IMG/VR virus record: IMGVR_UViG_3300043409_001491
Coordinates: 1-64,000 of that record
Length of the DNA: 64,000 nt
Direction: 5' to 3' (one strand)
DNA from: a virus
Positions 1 through 9,123 of this stretch are shown piece by piece. Within the stretch, counting starts at the first letter, position 1; each line of letters opens with the position of its first letter. Made by a program: the position numbers and the translations under genes. A model generated the notes under the pieces. That model saw nothing but the letters and a program-made list of their open reading frames with translations. It made no database searches and was not told the origin of the DNA.

Positions 1-180
1 CCACCTGTACTTGAGCCTCCTGCAGAAGAGCCACCTGTACTTGAGCCTCCTGCAGAAGAGCCACCTGTACTTGAGCCTCCTGCAGAAGAGCCACCTGTAC
101 TTGAGCCTCCTGCAGAAGAGCCACCTGTACTTGAGCCTCCTGTACTTGAACCTCCTGCTATTGAACCTCCTGCTATTGAA
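1..180 (+). repeat. Coding tandem repeat, 30-bp unit (PPVLEPPAEE) x4 decaying into 15-bp units
   Basis: ccacctgtacttgagcctcctgcagaagag is repeated exactly four times from position 1. Confidence 0.95.
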
Positions 181-975
181 CCAGAGGCGGGATCAGAAGA
201 AGAAGTAAACAATACAGTTAATGAAGCATTATTAGACGGGCAAATAGATAGCACAGAAGTAGAAGCAATTGCAGAGTCTATGGCAGAAGATGGTGAAATT
301 GATGCAAAAGAAACTAATCAATTAATTGAAGCATTAGCAGAAGATGGAAAAGTTTCTACTGCAGATCAAGAGGCTGTACTTGAAGCACTTGCATCTGATG
401 GAGAAGTTTCAAAAGAAGATGTTGCAGCAATTGTAGCCTTAGTATCTACTGATGGGAAAATGTCTACAGCAGAAAAAGAAATTGTTGCTGATGCATTAAT
501 TCAATCAGTTGCACCAGGAGAAAGTCTTACTAAAGAGCAAGTAGCAGATGCTGGAATTAAATTAGCAGATTTACCACCAGAAACACCAGTTGAGATTCGT
601 ACAAGCGAAAGTGGTCAAGAAGTAGTTATTACAGCAGAAATAGGTGCACAAATTGAGATAGTAACTGATGTAGCAGCATTTGCAGAAGAACTATTTAGCG
701 ATCCAGGAGCAGCCATTGCTGCACTTGGAAGTATAGGTGCAGACATGACTGAAGAAGAAAGAGAAGAAGCAACCAAGATGGTTGTAGCAACAGTAGTTGC
801 AACTGGAGCAGCCCTAAATGCTGTAACAGTGGCAGGAGCAGCAGCAGGAGCAGCGACTAATGCCGCAGCCTCAGCAGCAAGAACCGCAGGTGGAACAGCC
901 CCAACACCTGGCGGAGGCTCAAGTGGTGGAGGACCTAGCGGGGGAGACCCAAGAATAAGGAGAAGGAAACCATGA
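1..975 (+). CDS. C-terminal part of a large acidic Pro/Glu-rich protein with a hydrophobic C-terminal segment (5' truncated by the window)
   Basis: Frame 1 is open from base 1 (PPVLEPPAEE repeats) into track ORF 280..975; Ala-rich hydrophobic stretch and basic tail at the end. Confidence 0.8.
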   Translation, partial: PPVLEPPAEEPPVLEPPAEEPPVLEPPAEEPPVLEPPAEEPPVLEPPVLEPPAIEPPAIEPEAGSEEEVNNTVNEALLDGQIDSTEVEAIAESMAEDGEIDAKETNQLIEALAEDGKVSTADQEAVLEALASDGEVSKEDVAAIVALVSTDGKMSTAEKEIVADALIQSVAPGESLTKEQVADAGIKLADLPPETPVEIRTSESGQEVVITAEIGAQIEIVTDVAAFAEELFSDPGAAIAALGSIGADMTEEEREEATKMVVATVVATGAALNAVTVAGAAAGAATNAAASAARTAGGTAPTPGGGSSGGGPSGGDPRIRRRKP

Positions 976-1160
976 AAATAATAAAGAAAGTAATGCAGGA
1001 TATGATTGATCAGTTATGGACTTTACTTGGTATGTTTATTGCATATGTAGTACTAGACGGATCAGCCAAGCAAATTGTTGGTGTAGCAATTATGGCAACA
1101 ATGTTTGCATGGGCTATTACTTATCCAATTAGAAATAAAGACTGGAAGGATGATGAATGA
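972..1160 (+). CDS. Small membrane protein
   Basis: Two hydrophobic segments; ATGA overlap with the upstream gene. Confidence 0.7.
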   Translation: MKIIKKVMQDMIDQLWTLLGMFIAYVVLDGSAKQIVGVAIMATMFAWAITYPIRNKDWKDDE

Positions 1161-1444
1161 TGGCAACTAAAAAAATAGTAGAACCCCCAAAAAATGAACA
1201 CCCACAGAAGGCAATAACAAATATCTTAATGAGAATTCTTGCGGTATTCGCAGCATCAGGACTATCAGTCTTGGGTGCAGGAGCAGTAGTAGGAATTGAA
1301 ACTGTACAAGCAGTCATGCTTGCAGGACTCTTAGGAGTAGCAACAGTTATTGAAAGGCTGGCTAGGGCTTTTTTGGACGATGGAAGACTATCATTGGCAG
1401 AAATCAATGATGCGTTTAAATCAGTAGACAAAAAGGCTAATTAG
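1157..1444 (+). CDS. Small membrane protein, holin-like
   Basis: Two predicted TM helices, charged C-terminus, coupled to the upstream gene. Confidence 0.6.
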   Translation: MMATKKIVEPPKNEHPQKAITNILMRILAVFAASGLSVLGAGAVVGIETVQAVMLAGLLGVATVIERLARAFLDDGRLSLAEINDAFKSVDKKAN

Positions 1445-1521
1445 TCATATTTTAGACCTTTCTTGACACCCCTTCTTGGCAATGGTATACTTAAATATAC
1501 CTAGTCTGGGAGGGGTTTGTC

Positions 1522-2046
1522 GTGACTTGTATTGCTGTAGTTCGCCATGAAGATAAAGTTTATATGGCTGGGGATCGTGGAGCATCAGATGATGGTACCA
1601 TTCTAGCACTTGAAGCGCCAAAGGTTTGGAAGATAGGCCCCTATCTTATTGGGTATGCTGGAGCAATGGACGGAGAAAGAATCCGTTATAACTTTAAACC
1701 AACTGCACCTAATATTAAAGACACAGATAGGTTTATGCAGACAAGGTTTATTAAAGAGTTAAAAGAATTCTATAATGAGTTCTGGGTAGACACATCTAAA
1801 GACGGGGATCTTGGTTTAATTATCTGTGTTCGTGGACAAATCTATGAGCATAGTTCTGCAGATATGTCTTTATCTAAATATACCCTGCCATATTTGGCTA
1901 TGGGTTCTGGAGCAGAGTATGCTTATGGAGTTCTATATGCAACAGATAAACAAAAAAATGCAAGGAATAGAGTAATGCAAGCAGTAAATGCTGCAATTAA
2001 ATTTAATCCATCATGCATGGGTCCAGTTGACATCGTAAGTCTTTAG
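1522..2046 (+). CDS. Ntn-hydrolase (proteasome beta/HslV-like) peptidase
   Basis: N-terminal MTCI with catalytic Thr, AGD, GYAG and AMGSG motifs. Confidence 0.8.
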   Translation: MTCIAVVRHEDKVYMAGDRGASDDGTILALEAPKVWKIGPYLIGYAGAMDGERIRYNFKPTAPNIKDTDRFMQTRFIKELKEFYNEFWVDTSKDGDLGLIICVRGQIYEHSSADMSLSKYTLPYLAMGSGAEYAYGVLYATDKQKNARNRVMQAVNAAIKFNPSCMGPVDIVSL

Positions 2047-2061
2047 GGGTATACTTATAAT

Positions 2062-2283
2062 ATGTCTAAAGAATGGGAAGAGATTTTAAATAATATACAA
2101 GACAAAGACGCAAACTATAAAGAGTTTGAGATTTGGCTTGAAAACGGAATTGAACGGGGATGGGTAACTGAACCGTTCTGTAATACTCATGATGGTGATC
2201 CATACATGAGCCAAGAAGAAGAACAAGAGTGGGAAGAGGGCGGAGACCCTTGCCAAGTAGTAATTAAAATCAAAGAAAACTAA
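2062..2283 (+). CDS. Hypothetical protein
   Basis: ORF with a TATACT -10 immediately upstream. Confidence 0.7.
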   Translation: MSKEWEEILNNIQDKDANYKEFEIWLENGIERGWVTEPFCNTHDGDPYMSQEEEQEWEEGGDPCQVVIKIKEN

Positions 2284-2301
2284 CAATGCCAAACCAGCAA
2301 T

Positions 2302-2375
2302 GCGGATATTGCATAGTGATAGTGCGTAACCTTGCCAAGGTTAATGTGCGGGTTTGATTCCCGCTATTCGCTCCA
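2302..2375 (+). tRNA. tRNA-Gly(GCC), somewhat non-canonical
   Basis: Cloverleaf; anticodon arm AACCT-TGCCA-AGGTT; encoded CCA; D-loop lacks GG and T-loop reads TTTG. Confidence 0.8.
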
Positions 2376-2376
2376 A

Positions 2377-2449
2377 GGCCCTATCGTCTAGTGGTTAGGA
2401 TACCAGGCTTTCATCTTGGTGGGCAGAGTTCAATTCTCTGTAGGGCTAC
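2377..2449 (+). tRNA. tRNA-Glu(TTC)
   Basis: GGCCCTA/TAGGGCT acceptor stem, TAGTGGTTAGGA D-arm, CTTTCAT anticodon loop, GTTCAATT T-loop. Confidence 0.9.
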
Positions 2450-2523
2450 AAAAAGTTTGATATAATAGACTTATACCTGCCGAATGGGGGTATATTAACT
2501 TATTCGCTTGAAAGGGGAATAAA

Positions 2524-2937
2524 ATGGTAACAACAACACTGGATCTATTCAATGATCCTTTTTTTATTGGATTTAACAGAGAGTTAGTCCGCTTAAATAC
2601 CGCACATAAAACAAACTCACAGACATATCCTCCATATGATCTTCTTAAGTTAGATGAAGATACATATAGAATTTCTTTAGCGATTGCTGGATTTTCAAAA
2701 GAAGATATTAATCTCTCAGTAGATAATGGAACACTCATCATTAAGGGAGAAATTGTAGAAGTAGTAGATGCTGAAATTGTTCACAAAGGAATTGCTGGTA
2801 GAAAGTTTACTCGTACATTTGCTCTTGGAGAATATATGGAAGTAACTGGTGCAGAAATGAAGGATGGTATGCTACACATTAAGGTAGATCGTATTATCCC
2901 TGAAGATAAAAAGCCAAAAACTATTAAAATCAAGTAG
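2524..2937 (+). CDS. Small heat-shock protein (Hsp20/IbpA family)
   Basis: YPPYD, LAIAGF, HKGIAGRKFTRTF and DGMLHI motifs. Confidence 0.95.
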   Translation: MVTTTLDLFNDPFFIGFNRELVRLNTAHKTNSQTYPPYDLLKLDEDTYRISLAIAGFSKEDINLSVDNGTLIIKGEIVEVVDAEIVHKGIAGRKFTRTFALGEYMEVTGAEMKDGMLHIKVDRIIPEDKKPKTIKIK

Positions 2938-2949
2938 TACAATATAGGT

Positions 2950-3034
2950 GTCCCACACAGGACCTTAGTGATGGATTAGTTACCCATTGGATAAAGACCG
3001 TGGCGCAAGTCAGGTGAATTGCCTGTGTGGGGCA
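2950..3034 (+). ncRNA. Putative structured small RNA
   Basis: 13-bp closing stem TGTCCCACACAGG/CCTGTGTGGGGCA enclosing a multi-stem junction; TACAAT -10 just upstream. Confidence 0.55.
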
Positions 3035-3060
3035 TAATATTTTGCGGTATAATAATACTA

Positions 3061-3336
3061 ATGACTGACAAAGAGTTGGACCATTATAAGAAGCAAGAGT
3101 TTAAAAATATGCTTGCTAAAATAAAAGAAAACTCTGGCTGTGTAGACTGTGGAATAAATAATCATATTATATTAGATTTTGACCACATTAAAGATAAAAA
3201 ATATAACATATCAAGAATGATACATGACGGATTTTCTTGGAAAGCAATTAAAAAAGAAATTGAAAAATGTCAAGTTGTCTGTGCCAACTGTCATAGAATA
3301 AGAACACATAACAGATTGACATCAAAAGCCTCATAG
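3061..3336 (+). CDS. HNH endonuclease-like protein
   Basis: CxDC, DFDH and CANCHRIRTH motifs; leaderless start after CGGTATAAT. Confidence 0.85.
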   Translation: MTDKELDHYKKQEFKNMLAKIKENSGCVDCGINNHIILDFDHIKDKKYNISRMIHDGFSWKAIKKEIEKCQVVCANCHRIRTHNRLTSKAS

Positions 3337-3372
3337 TGATATAATAGAGTGTAATACCTAAAAGGGGGAAAC

Positions 3373-4014
3373 ATGGCAGCAAAAGGAAGTTTAGAGGCAA
3401 TCATTGAGGTTGCAAAGAAAGAAATTGGAACCATTGAAGGTCCAAAGGATAACGAAACAAAGTACGGAGCATGGATTAAAGTTAACTTCCAACCATGGTG
3501 CCAGTCATTTGTTTCTTGGTGTGCAATGTCATCGGGAGTTTCAAAGTTCCCAAAGTCTGCATCAACAGTAGCAGCATCAGATCATTTTAAAAAAGAAGGT
3601 CGTTGGTCAGATGCACGTAATGATGATCCACAAGCAGGAGACTGGATTTATTTTGATTTTCCAGATGATGGTGTAAATCGTATTTCCCATGTTGGTCTTT
3701 GCATTAAAAACAATGGCGATGGAACCATACAAGTTATTGAAGGAAACACTTCGGGAACTGCAAAGGGAGATCAGCGCAATGGAGGAATGTGTGTTGAAAA
3801 GACTCGTGGTTATGTAAAAAACAACAAGAAGAAGTTGCTTAATGCTGTAGTTGGCTGGGGTCGTCCAGTTTATGCTGGTGAAGAAAATGAACCATTATTA
3901 AATAAACTAGCAGCAACTCCAGTAAAGGCAACATCTCCAGATGCTGCTAAGAAAACAGCAAAGCCAGAAATAAAGAAGTCTTCTGGTGGCAGTAAAGTGA
4001 ATCAGGTTTATTAA
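3373..4014 (+). CDS. CHAP-domain peptidoglycan hydrolase (endolysin-like)
   Basis: PWCQSFVSW, SHVG and IEGNT motifs. Confidence 0.88.
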   Translation: MAAKGSLEAIIEVAKKEIGTIEGPKDNETKYGAWIKVNFQPWCQSFVSWCAMSSGVSKFPKSASTVAASDHFKKEGRWSDARNDDPQAGDWIYFDFPDDGVNRISHVGLCIKNNGDGTIQVIEGNTSGTAKGDQRNGGMCVEKTRGYVKNNKKKLLNAVVGWGRPVYAGEENEPLLNKLAATPVKATSPDAAKKTAKPEIKKSSGGSKVNQVY

Positions 4015-4200
4015 TTGCCAGTTTACGAATACAAATGCACAGGAAAATGTCCTAAAGTTGTAATCAAACAAAGATCTATTAAAGATGCCGATCCAGGGTA
4101 TGAGTGTGAAACTTGCACTCTGCCATTGGAACGTGTATACTCTAATGTAGGAGCAGTATTCAACGGTAGTGGATTTTATTCCACTGATAATAGAAAGTAG
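4015..4200 (+). CDS. FmdB-family zinc-ribbon protein
   Basis: MPVYEYKC, CxxC and FNGSGFYSTD. Confidence 0.85.
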   Translation: MPVYEYKCTGKCPKVVIKQRSIKDADPGYECETCTLPLERVYSNVGAVFNGSGFYSTDNRK

Positions 4201-4209
4201 CAATATAAT

Positions 4210-4437
4210 ATGAATATGACAATTACAGAAGATGTTGCAGAAAAAGAATGGATATTAAAAGCAACAGATCGTTGTGATTCTTGTCCATCAGAAGCACTAG
4301 TTAAGGTAACTGGAATATCTGGAGACTTAATATTTTGTGGACACCACTATAATAAGATTATGAATGATGCAGGTGGGTATAAAAAAATGATGTCTTTTGC
4401 ATTAACTGTAATTGACGAACGAAATAAACTAGTTTAG
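4210..4437 (+). CDS. Small Zn-binding protein, paralogue of 36955..37176
   Basis: DRCDxC and LxFCGHH motifs shared by both ORFs. Confidence 0.75.
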   Translation: MNMTITEDVAEKEWILKATDRCDSCPSEALVKVTGISGDLIFCGHHYNKIMNDAGGYKKMMSFALTVIDERNKLV

Positions 4438-4450
4438 TAAATTATCTTAA

Positions 4451-5275
4451 ATGGATAAAACCTTCTATTTTCTTTCTGGGCTTCCTAGATCTGGAAACAC
4501 ATTGCTTTCTAGTATTTTAAATCAAAACCCTACCGTTCATGTTAGCAGTCTAAGCCCAGTTGTTGATTACTTGTGGTCTGCTTATAGCATATCTTTAAAT
4601 GATCAAAATGCTCTTAGACTTAGTTCACAAAACAACAATAAAACATATTTAAATAATATAATTAATAGTTATTATTTAAATGTAGAAAAAAAAATAATTA
4701 TTGATAGAAGTAAGGCTTGGACACAGAATGCTAACTTTAATTTAATTAAAGATTATATTAATAAAGATCCAAAAATAATATTTACTGCAAGGTCAATAAT
4801 TGATATTTTAGCATCTTTAATATCTGTATATGATAAAACAGAACTTATAGAACAAGATATGCTTTATTATAACTGGAACTATAAACATAACTTATCTTTA
4901 ACTGATAATAAGTGTGATTTTTTAATGAGACAAGGTGCCGCGATTGATCTTTCATTAAGTTCACTTTCAGAATTACAAAAAAATAATAGATTTTCAAATA
5001 TTCATATCATTGAGTATGAAGATTTAATAAAAAATCCAGAAACAAGTATGAAACAGGTTTATTATTTTCTTGAAATGGAAAACTATAGTCATGATTTTAA
5101 TAATATAACAGACATTGAAATTGATAGTGCTATGAGTGATTTATTAATTGGACTTCCTGAAGATTTGCACAAAGTAGAAAAATCTTTAAAGTTGTCAAAA
5201 ATTAACCCACATGATATACTATCAGAGTACGTTATAAACAAATACTCAAATTTAGAATTTTGGAGAAATAAATGA
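4451..5275 (+). CDS. Sulfotransferase family protein
   Basis: GLPRSGNTLL 5'-PSB loop, R..DILAS 3'-PB motif, YEDL. Confidence 0.9.
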   Translation: MDKTFYFLSGLPRSGNTLLSSILNQNPTVHVSSLSPVVDYLWSAYSISLNDQNALRLSSQNNNKTYLNNIINSYYLNVEKKIIIDRSKAWTQNANFNLIKDYINKDPKIIFTARSIIDILASLISVYDKTELIEQDMLYYNWNYKHNLSLTDNKCDFLMRQGAAIDLSLSSLSELQKNNRFSNIHIIEYEDLIKNPETSMKQVYYFLEMENYSHDFNNITDIEIDSAMSDLLIGLPEDLHKVEKSLKLSKINPHDILSEYVINKYSNLEFWRNK

Positions 5276-5394
5276 TTACACAAATTATGAAATTGCCAAG
5301 TTCTAGCAAAACTAAATTCAATGTTTTATCTGATTATGTAATAAATAAATATAGTTGCACACTATATTCACTAGCAGAACACTTAGAAAGGTAA
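5272..5394 (+). pseudogene. Chimeric remnant of an APS-kinase 5' end and a sulfotransferase 3' end
   Basis: Translates as MITQIMKLPSSSKTKFNVLSDYVINKYS...; compare MIIQIMGLPGSGKT (5961) and DILSEYVINKYS (end of the 4451 ORF). Confidence 0.65.
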
Positions 5395-5396
5395 AC

Positions 5397-5960
5397 ATGA
5401 GTAAAAAATCTCAAGAATTATTTCGCTACAAGTATCATAAAAATTATGATGTTCAAGCAATAAAAGATGAAGTGCTTAAACTTGAAGAAGAATGGCTTAA
5501 AGATACATCACGACAAGAGTTATTTGCGGTTCATAAAGAAACTGTAACTGTTTTTTTAACAGATTATTCTCTTGAATGGCAACTTTATAAAAGTTACGCT
5601 GGAACTATTAGAGAACCTGAATCTGTGCTTTATAAGTTAGTAGAACCAATCATTAAAGACTTAGAAAGATTGCATAATGGTAGAGTTGGGCGTGTTATTT
5701 TCCCTAAATTAAAAGCAGGTAAAAAGATTGACGAACATACAGACGGTGGAGATTATTTAAATGTTTCTAGGAGACATCATATTCCAATAGTTACAAACAA
5801 CAAAGTATTTTTTGCAATAGACCAAGGACTTCTCAATATGCATGAAGGTGAATGTTGGGAAATTAATAACATGCGTCCTCATGAAGTTACTAATGATAGC
5901 AAAGAAGATAGAGTTCATTTACTTATTGATATCATACCTAATGAATACATAGGAGAATAA
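5397..5960 (+). CDS. Aspartyl/asparaginyl beta-hydroxylase-like 2OG-Fe(II) oxygenase
   Basis: HTD, RHHIPI and HEVTN..DRVHLLID motifs. Confidence 0.85.
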   Translation: MSKKSQELFRYKYHKNYDVQAIKDEVLKLEEEWLKDTSRQELFAVHKETVTVFLTDYSLEWQLYKSYAGTIREPESVLYKLVEPIIKDLERLHNGRVGRVIFPKLKAGKKIDEHTDGGDYLNVSRRHHIPIVTNNKVFFAIDQGLLNMHEGECWEINNMRPHEVTNDSKEDRVHLLIDIIPNEYIGE

Positions 5961-6722
5961 ATGATAATACAAATTATGGGGCTACCAGGTTCTGGCAAGA
6001 CAGAATTAGCAAAAGCACTTAAAGAACGTATTAACGCTATCCACCTAAACGCAGACGAAGTTCGTGCAACTGTCAACTCTGATCTAGGATTTACCCCAGA
6101 AGATAGACTAGAGCAAGCAAGGCGCATGGGCGAAATGGCTAGACTAATTGCTAAGCAGGGTGTTGCTCCAGTAATTGTTGATTTTGTATGTCCAACAGAT
6201 TTAACTCGTGTAGCATTTGGTAAGCCAGACATATTAGTGTTCATGGATACAATTGCTGAAGGTCGCTTTGAAGATACAAATAAAATGTTTGAACGACCAA
6301 CAGATGTTGATGTATCTTTTATTAGTCACGGTCAAGATTCTGAATCAAAGGCATCTTACATTATTAATAAGTTTGGCCTACACGATTGGTCTGCACCCAC
6401 AACTCTTATGCTGGGTAGGTACCAGCCTTGGCACGAAGGCCACCACGCCCTCTATAAGGAAGCAGGAAATAGAACTGACCAAGTACTACTTGGAGTCCGT
6501 AATACCTATAACACAAGTGAGAAAGATCCACTTAAATTTGATCAGGTAAAAGAATATATTGCCAAAGATAAGTTTATGGACGGGGCATTAGTATTAAGAT
6601 TACCTAACATTACCAACATTATATATGGTAGAGATGTCGGATATAAAATTGAACAAGTAGATTTGGGGGCAGATATTCATGCTATTTCGGCTACTGAAAA
6701 ACGGAAGCAACTGGGTCTTTAA
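5961..6722 (+). CDS. Adenylylsulfate kinase-like domain fused to an HxGH nucleotidyltransferase domain
   Basis: GLPGSGKT P-loop and LNADEVR; C-terminal GRYQPWHEGH and ISAT. Confidence 0.85.
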   Translation: MIIQIMGLPGSGKTELAKALKERINAIHLNADEVRATVNSDLGFTPEDRLEQARRMGEMARLIAKQGVAPVIVDFVCPTDLTRVAFGKPDILVFMDTIAEGRFEDTNKMFERPTDVDVSFISHGQDSESKASYIINKFGLHDWSAPTTLMLGRYQPWHEGHHALYKEAGNRTDQVLLGVRNTYNTSEKDPLKFDQVKEYIAKDKFMDGALVLRLPNITNIIYGRDVGYKIEQVDLGADIHAISATEKRKQLGL

Positions 6723-6787
6723 ACAAATGGAAGAGGCAGGCAAGTTAATAAACGAAGCAGAAGAAAAACTATATCTTAAAGATAGAC

Positions 6788-6991
6788 ATGAACGTAAGTA
6801 AGCAAAGGTCTGCTTTAAAGTCTATTATATGGCGTATAATTGGAACAGCAGATACTTTTGCTATTTCATGGTTCATAACTAAAGAGCCAGTAACAGCAGG
6901 AGCAATAGCAAGTTTTGAGGTAGTTACAAAAACAATCCTTTATTACTTCCATGAGCGTGGTTGGAATAAAATAAACTGGGGGAGAGAATAA
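6788..6991 (+). CDS. DUF2061-like small membrane protein
   Basis: KSIIWRIIG...YYFHERGW pattern. Confidence 0.75.
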   Translation: MNVSKQRSALKSIIWRIIGTADTFAISWFITKEPVTAGAIASFEVVTKTILYYFHERGWNKINWGRE

Positions 6992-7398
6992 TGTATGAAT
7001 ACTATGTAAGAAAAGTAGAGAACGTAGTAGATGGAGATACCATTGACGTTCTTATTGATTTAGGGTTTGATATTTTATTTGCATCCCGTGTAAGACTGGC
7101 TGGTATTGATACCCCTGAGTCTCGCACAAAGGATCTTGCTGAGAAGGCTCTTGGTCTTGAAGCCAAAGAGTATCTAAAGAAGTCTTTAAAAGACGCCAAG
7201 TCTGTTATTATCAAGACTGAAAAAATGGACTCATCTGAAAAGTATGGTCGCATTTTAGGCTGGGTATATATTAATGGAGATACGGTGTCCCTTAATGACA
7301 TGATGATTAACGATGGGTATGCATGGGGATACCTTGGAGATACTAAGGTAAAAGATTTTGAAGCACTTAAAAAGGCTAGATTAAAATCTAAAAAATGA
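6991..7398 (+). CDS. Thermonuclease (SNase-like)
   Basis: VVDGDT, RLAGIDTPE and KYGRILG. Confidence 0.9.
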   Translation: MYEYYVRKVENVVDGDTIDVLIDLGFDILFASRVRLAGIDTPESRTKDLAEKALGLEAKEYLKKSLKDAKSVIIKTEKMDSSEKYGRILGWVYINGDTVSLNDMMINDGYAWGYLGDTKVKDFEALKKARLKSKK

Positions 7399-7673
7399 AA
7401 CACATCCTATACTTTACTGCAGACTGGTGCAATCCTTGTAAAAAAACAAGGCCAATAGTAGAAGAGTTAAACCGTGAACAAATCATGGCTAAATTTTTTA
7501 TCATTGATGTTGATGTTGAAATTGAAATGGCACAGGACTTTGAGGTTCTTTCTATTCCTACTTTTGTTTTAATCAAAGATAATATTGAAATTTACCGTGT
7601 AACTGGTGCACAGACAAGGCAGCAGTTAGAGGAGTTGATTGTTTATGAAAAAGATATTCAAAATGATATTTAA
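7395..7673 (+). CDS. Thioredoxin
   Basis: FTADWCNPCK and IPTF. Confidence 0.9.
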   Translation: MKHILYFTADWCNPCKKTRPIVEELNREQIMAKFFIIDVDVEIEMAQDFEVLSIPTFVLIKDNIEIYRVTGAQTRQQLEELIVYEKDIQNDI

Positions 7674-8019
7674 TCCTGATGGAAAAGACATGATACCAAA
7701 AGATCAAGACGCTATAACACACCTTATTCTAAAAGGCGCCCTTGAGGTTGCTGGGGTTAATAGTTTAAATGGAGAACTTCTATACACAATAACCCCTAAA
7801 ATGAAAGAAATAATGCCAAAAATTTATGAAGATCACATTAGGCAAGTAAACAAAGAATTATTAAACCTATGGGAAAAAGGTTATGTAAATATTGATTTTT
7901 TCTCAGAAGACCCCCTAGTGACCGTATCTGAAAAGGGTCTTGATAAGCAAGCCATTTCTGAGTTGACCATAGAAGAAGTCTGGGCACTAGAAGAAGTCAA
8001 AAGACTGTTAAAGAAGTAA
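7645..8019 (+). CDS. Hypothetical protein
   Basis: ORF in operon context. Confidence 0.7.
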   Translation: MKKIFKMIFNPDGKDMIPKDQDAITHLILKGALEVAGVNSLNGELLYTITPKMKEIMPKIYEDHIRQVNKELLNLWEKGYVNIDFFSEDPLVTVSEKGLDKQAISELTIEEVWALEEVKRLLKK

Positions 8020-8057
8020 AATCTGATATAATGAATGTATAGATTGAGAGGTTTATT

Positions 8058-8618
8058 TTGAACCATATTAAAGAAGGCGATTTTGTCATGGGGTCTACCT
8101 CTGAAGGCATGATCCACGGCATAGTAGAGCACATTATGATTGAAGGTGGAACACTAGGTACACCTGGATCAGAGTATGCCCTTGAATCAATGCCACCAGA
8201 AAATCCAGCAATGTCTGTTAGAATTTATAAAGAAGAAGATGGCAAGTGGGAAGCAACAGCCTATAGTATTGGAATGATGTATATGGATGCAAAGGTTGCA
8301 GATATAAACAATCATATGATGGAAGACGATAGCGAAGAAATGGATTCAGAAGTTGCAATGGCAATGTATGATTCATCAATTGGCAAAGCAAAAAAGCCTA
8401 ACTATGGAGAAATGATTCAACCACGTCGTGGTGGGTCAACACCGTCTAATCCAAAACTTTATGCAAGAGTTGTGCAGGCAGCAAAAGATAAATTTGATGT
8501 GTACCCATCTGCGGTTGCAAACTCTTGGGTAGTGCAAGAATACAAACGTCGTGGTGGAACATACAAGTCTAAAAAAGAATTGGGATCAGATAATTTTTGG
8601 AATGGATTTTTAAAATAA
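8058..8618 (+). CDS. Hypothetical protein
   Basis: TGATATAAT promoter, GAGG RBS and TTG start. Confidence 0.7.
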   Translation: MNHIKEGDFVMGSTSEGMIHGIVEHIMIEGGTLGTPGSEYALESMPPENPAMSVRIYKEEDGKWEATAYSIGMMYMDAKVADINNHMMEDDSEEMDSEVAMAMYDSSIGKAKKPNYGEMIQPRRGGSTPSNPKLYARVVQAAKDKFDVYPSAVANSWVVQEYKRRGGTYKSKKELGSDNFWNGFLK

Positions 8619-8752
8619 TGCCAAAGAAAAAAGCACAATCATTTAATGCAACACAAATTAAAGATGGAATGGTTGTTCGCATGAATAAAAACGGTACAGT
8701 TAAATCTGTTCTTGGTCCATATGAAGTAAAACATATAAAGAAGGATAAGTAA
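8618..8752 (+). CDS. Small basic hypothetical protein
   Basis: MPKKKAQSFNATQ...; TAATG overlaps on both sides. Confidence 0.65.
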   Translation: MPKKKAQSFNATQIKDGMVVRMNKNGTVKSVLGPYEVKHIKKDK

Positions 8753-9120
8753 TGGCAGAGACATACTCACCTAATGCAGGTATGAAGGCTGCAGCAAGAC
8801 GTGCCTTAAAGTATAAAGAAGATGGCAAAGCAAGAGGTGCTGGGACTCCAGTAGGTTGGGGCAGAGCAACTGACATTGTAAATGGTGCAGCCATGTCTCT
8901 TGATACTGTTAAAAGAATGTACTCTTTCTTTTCCCGTCACGAAGTAGATAAAAAAGGAAAAGATTTTGATAATGCAGAAAACCCATCTAATGGCAAGATT
9001 ATGTGGTTAGCCTGGGGTGGAGATGCAGGGTTTGCTTGGAGTCGGGCAATAGTAAACAGAGAAAAAAGTAAGACAGAAAAGATCTGGGACGGAAGTCCAT
9101 TTAGCATCAGGGGGAAATAA
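8752..9120 (+). CDS. Hypothetical phage protein
   Basis: ORF with RMYSFFSRH and WLAWGGDAG. Confidence 0.75.
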   Translation: MAETYSPNAGMKAAARRALKYKEDGKARGAGTPVGWGRATDIVNGAAMSLDTVKRMYSFFSRHEVDKKGKDFDNAENPSNGKIMWLAWGGDAGFAWSRAIVNREKSKTEKIWDGSPFSIRGK

Positions 9121-9123
9121 ATC

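Noticed and set aside
1-180. 30-bp repeats as a CRISPR array
   Set aside because: The units are contiguous with no spacers and encode an in-frame PPVLEPPAEE repeat; track ORF 11..208 is a shadow frame
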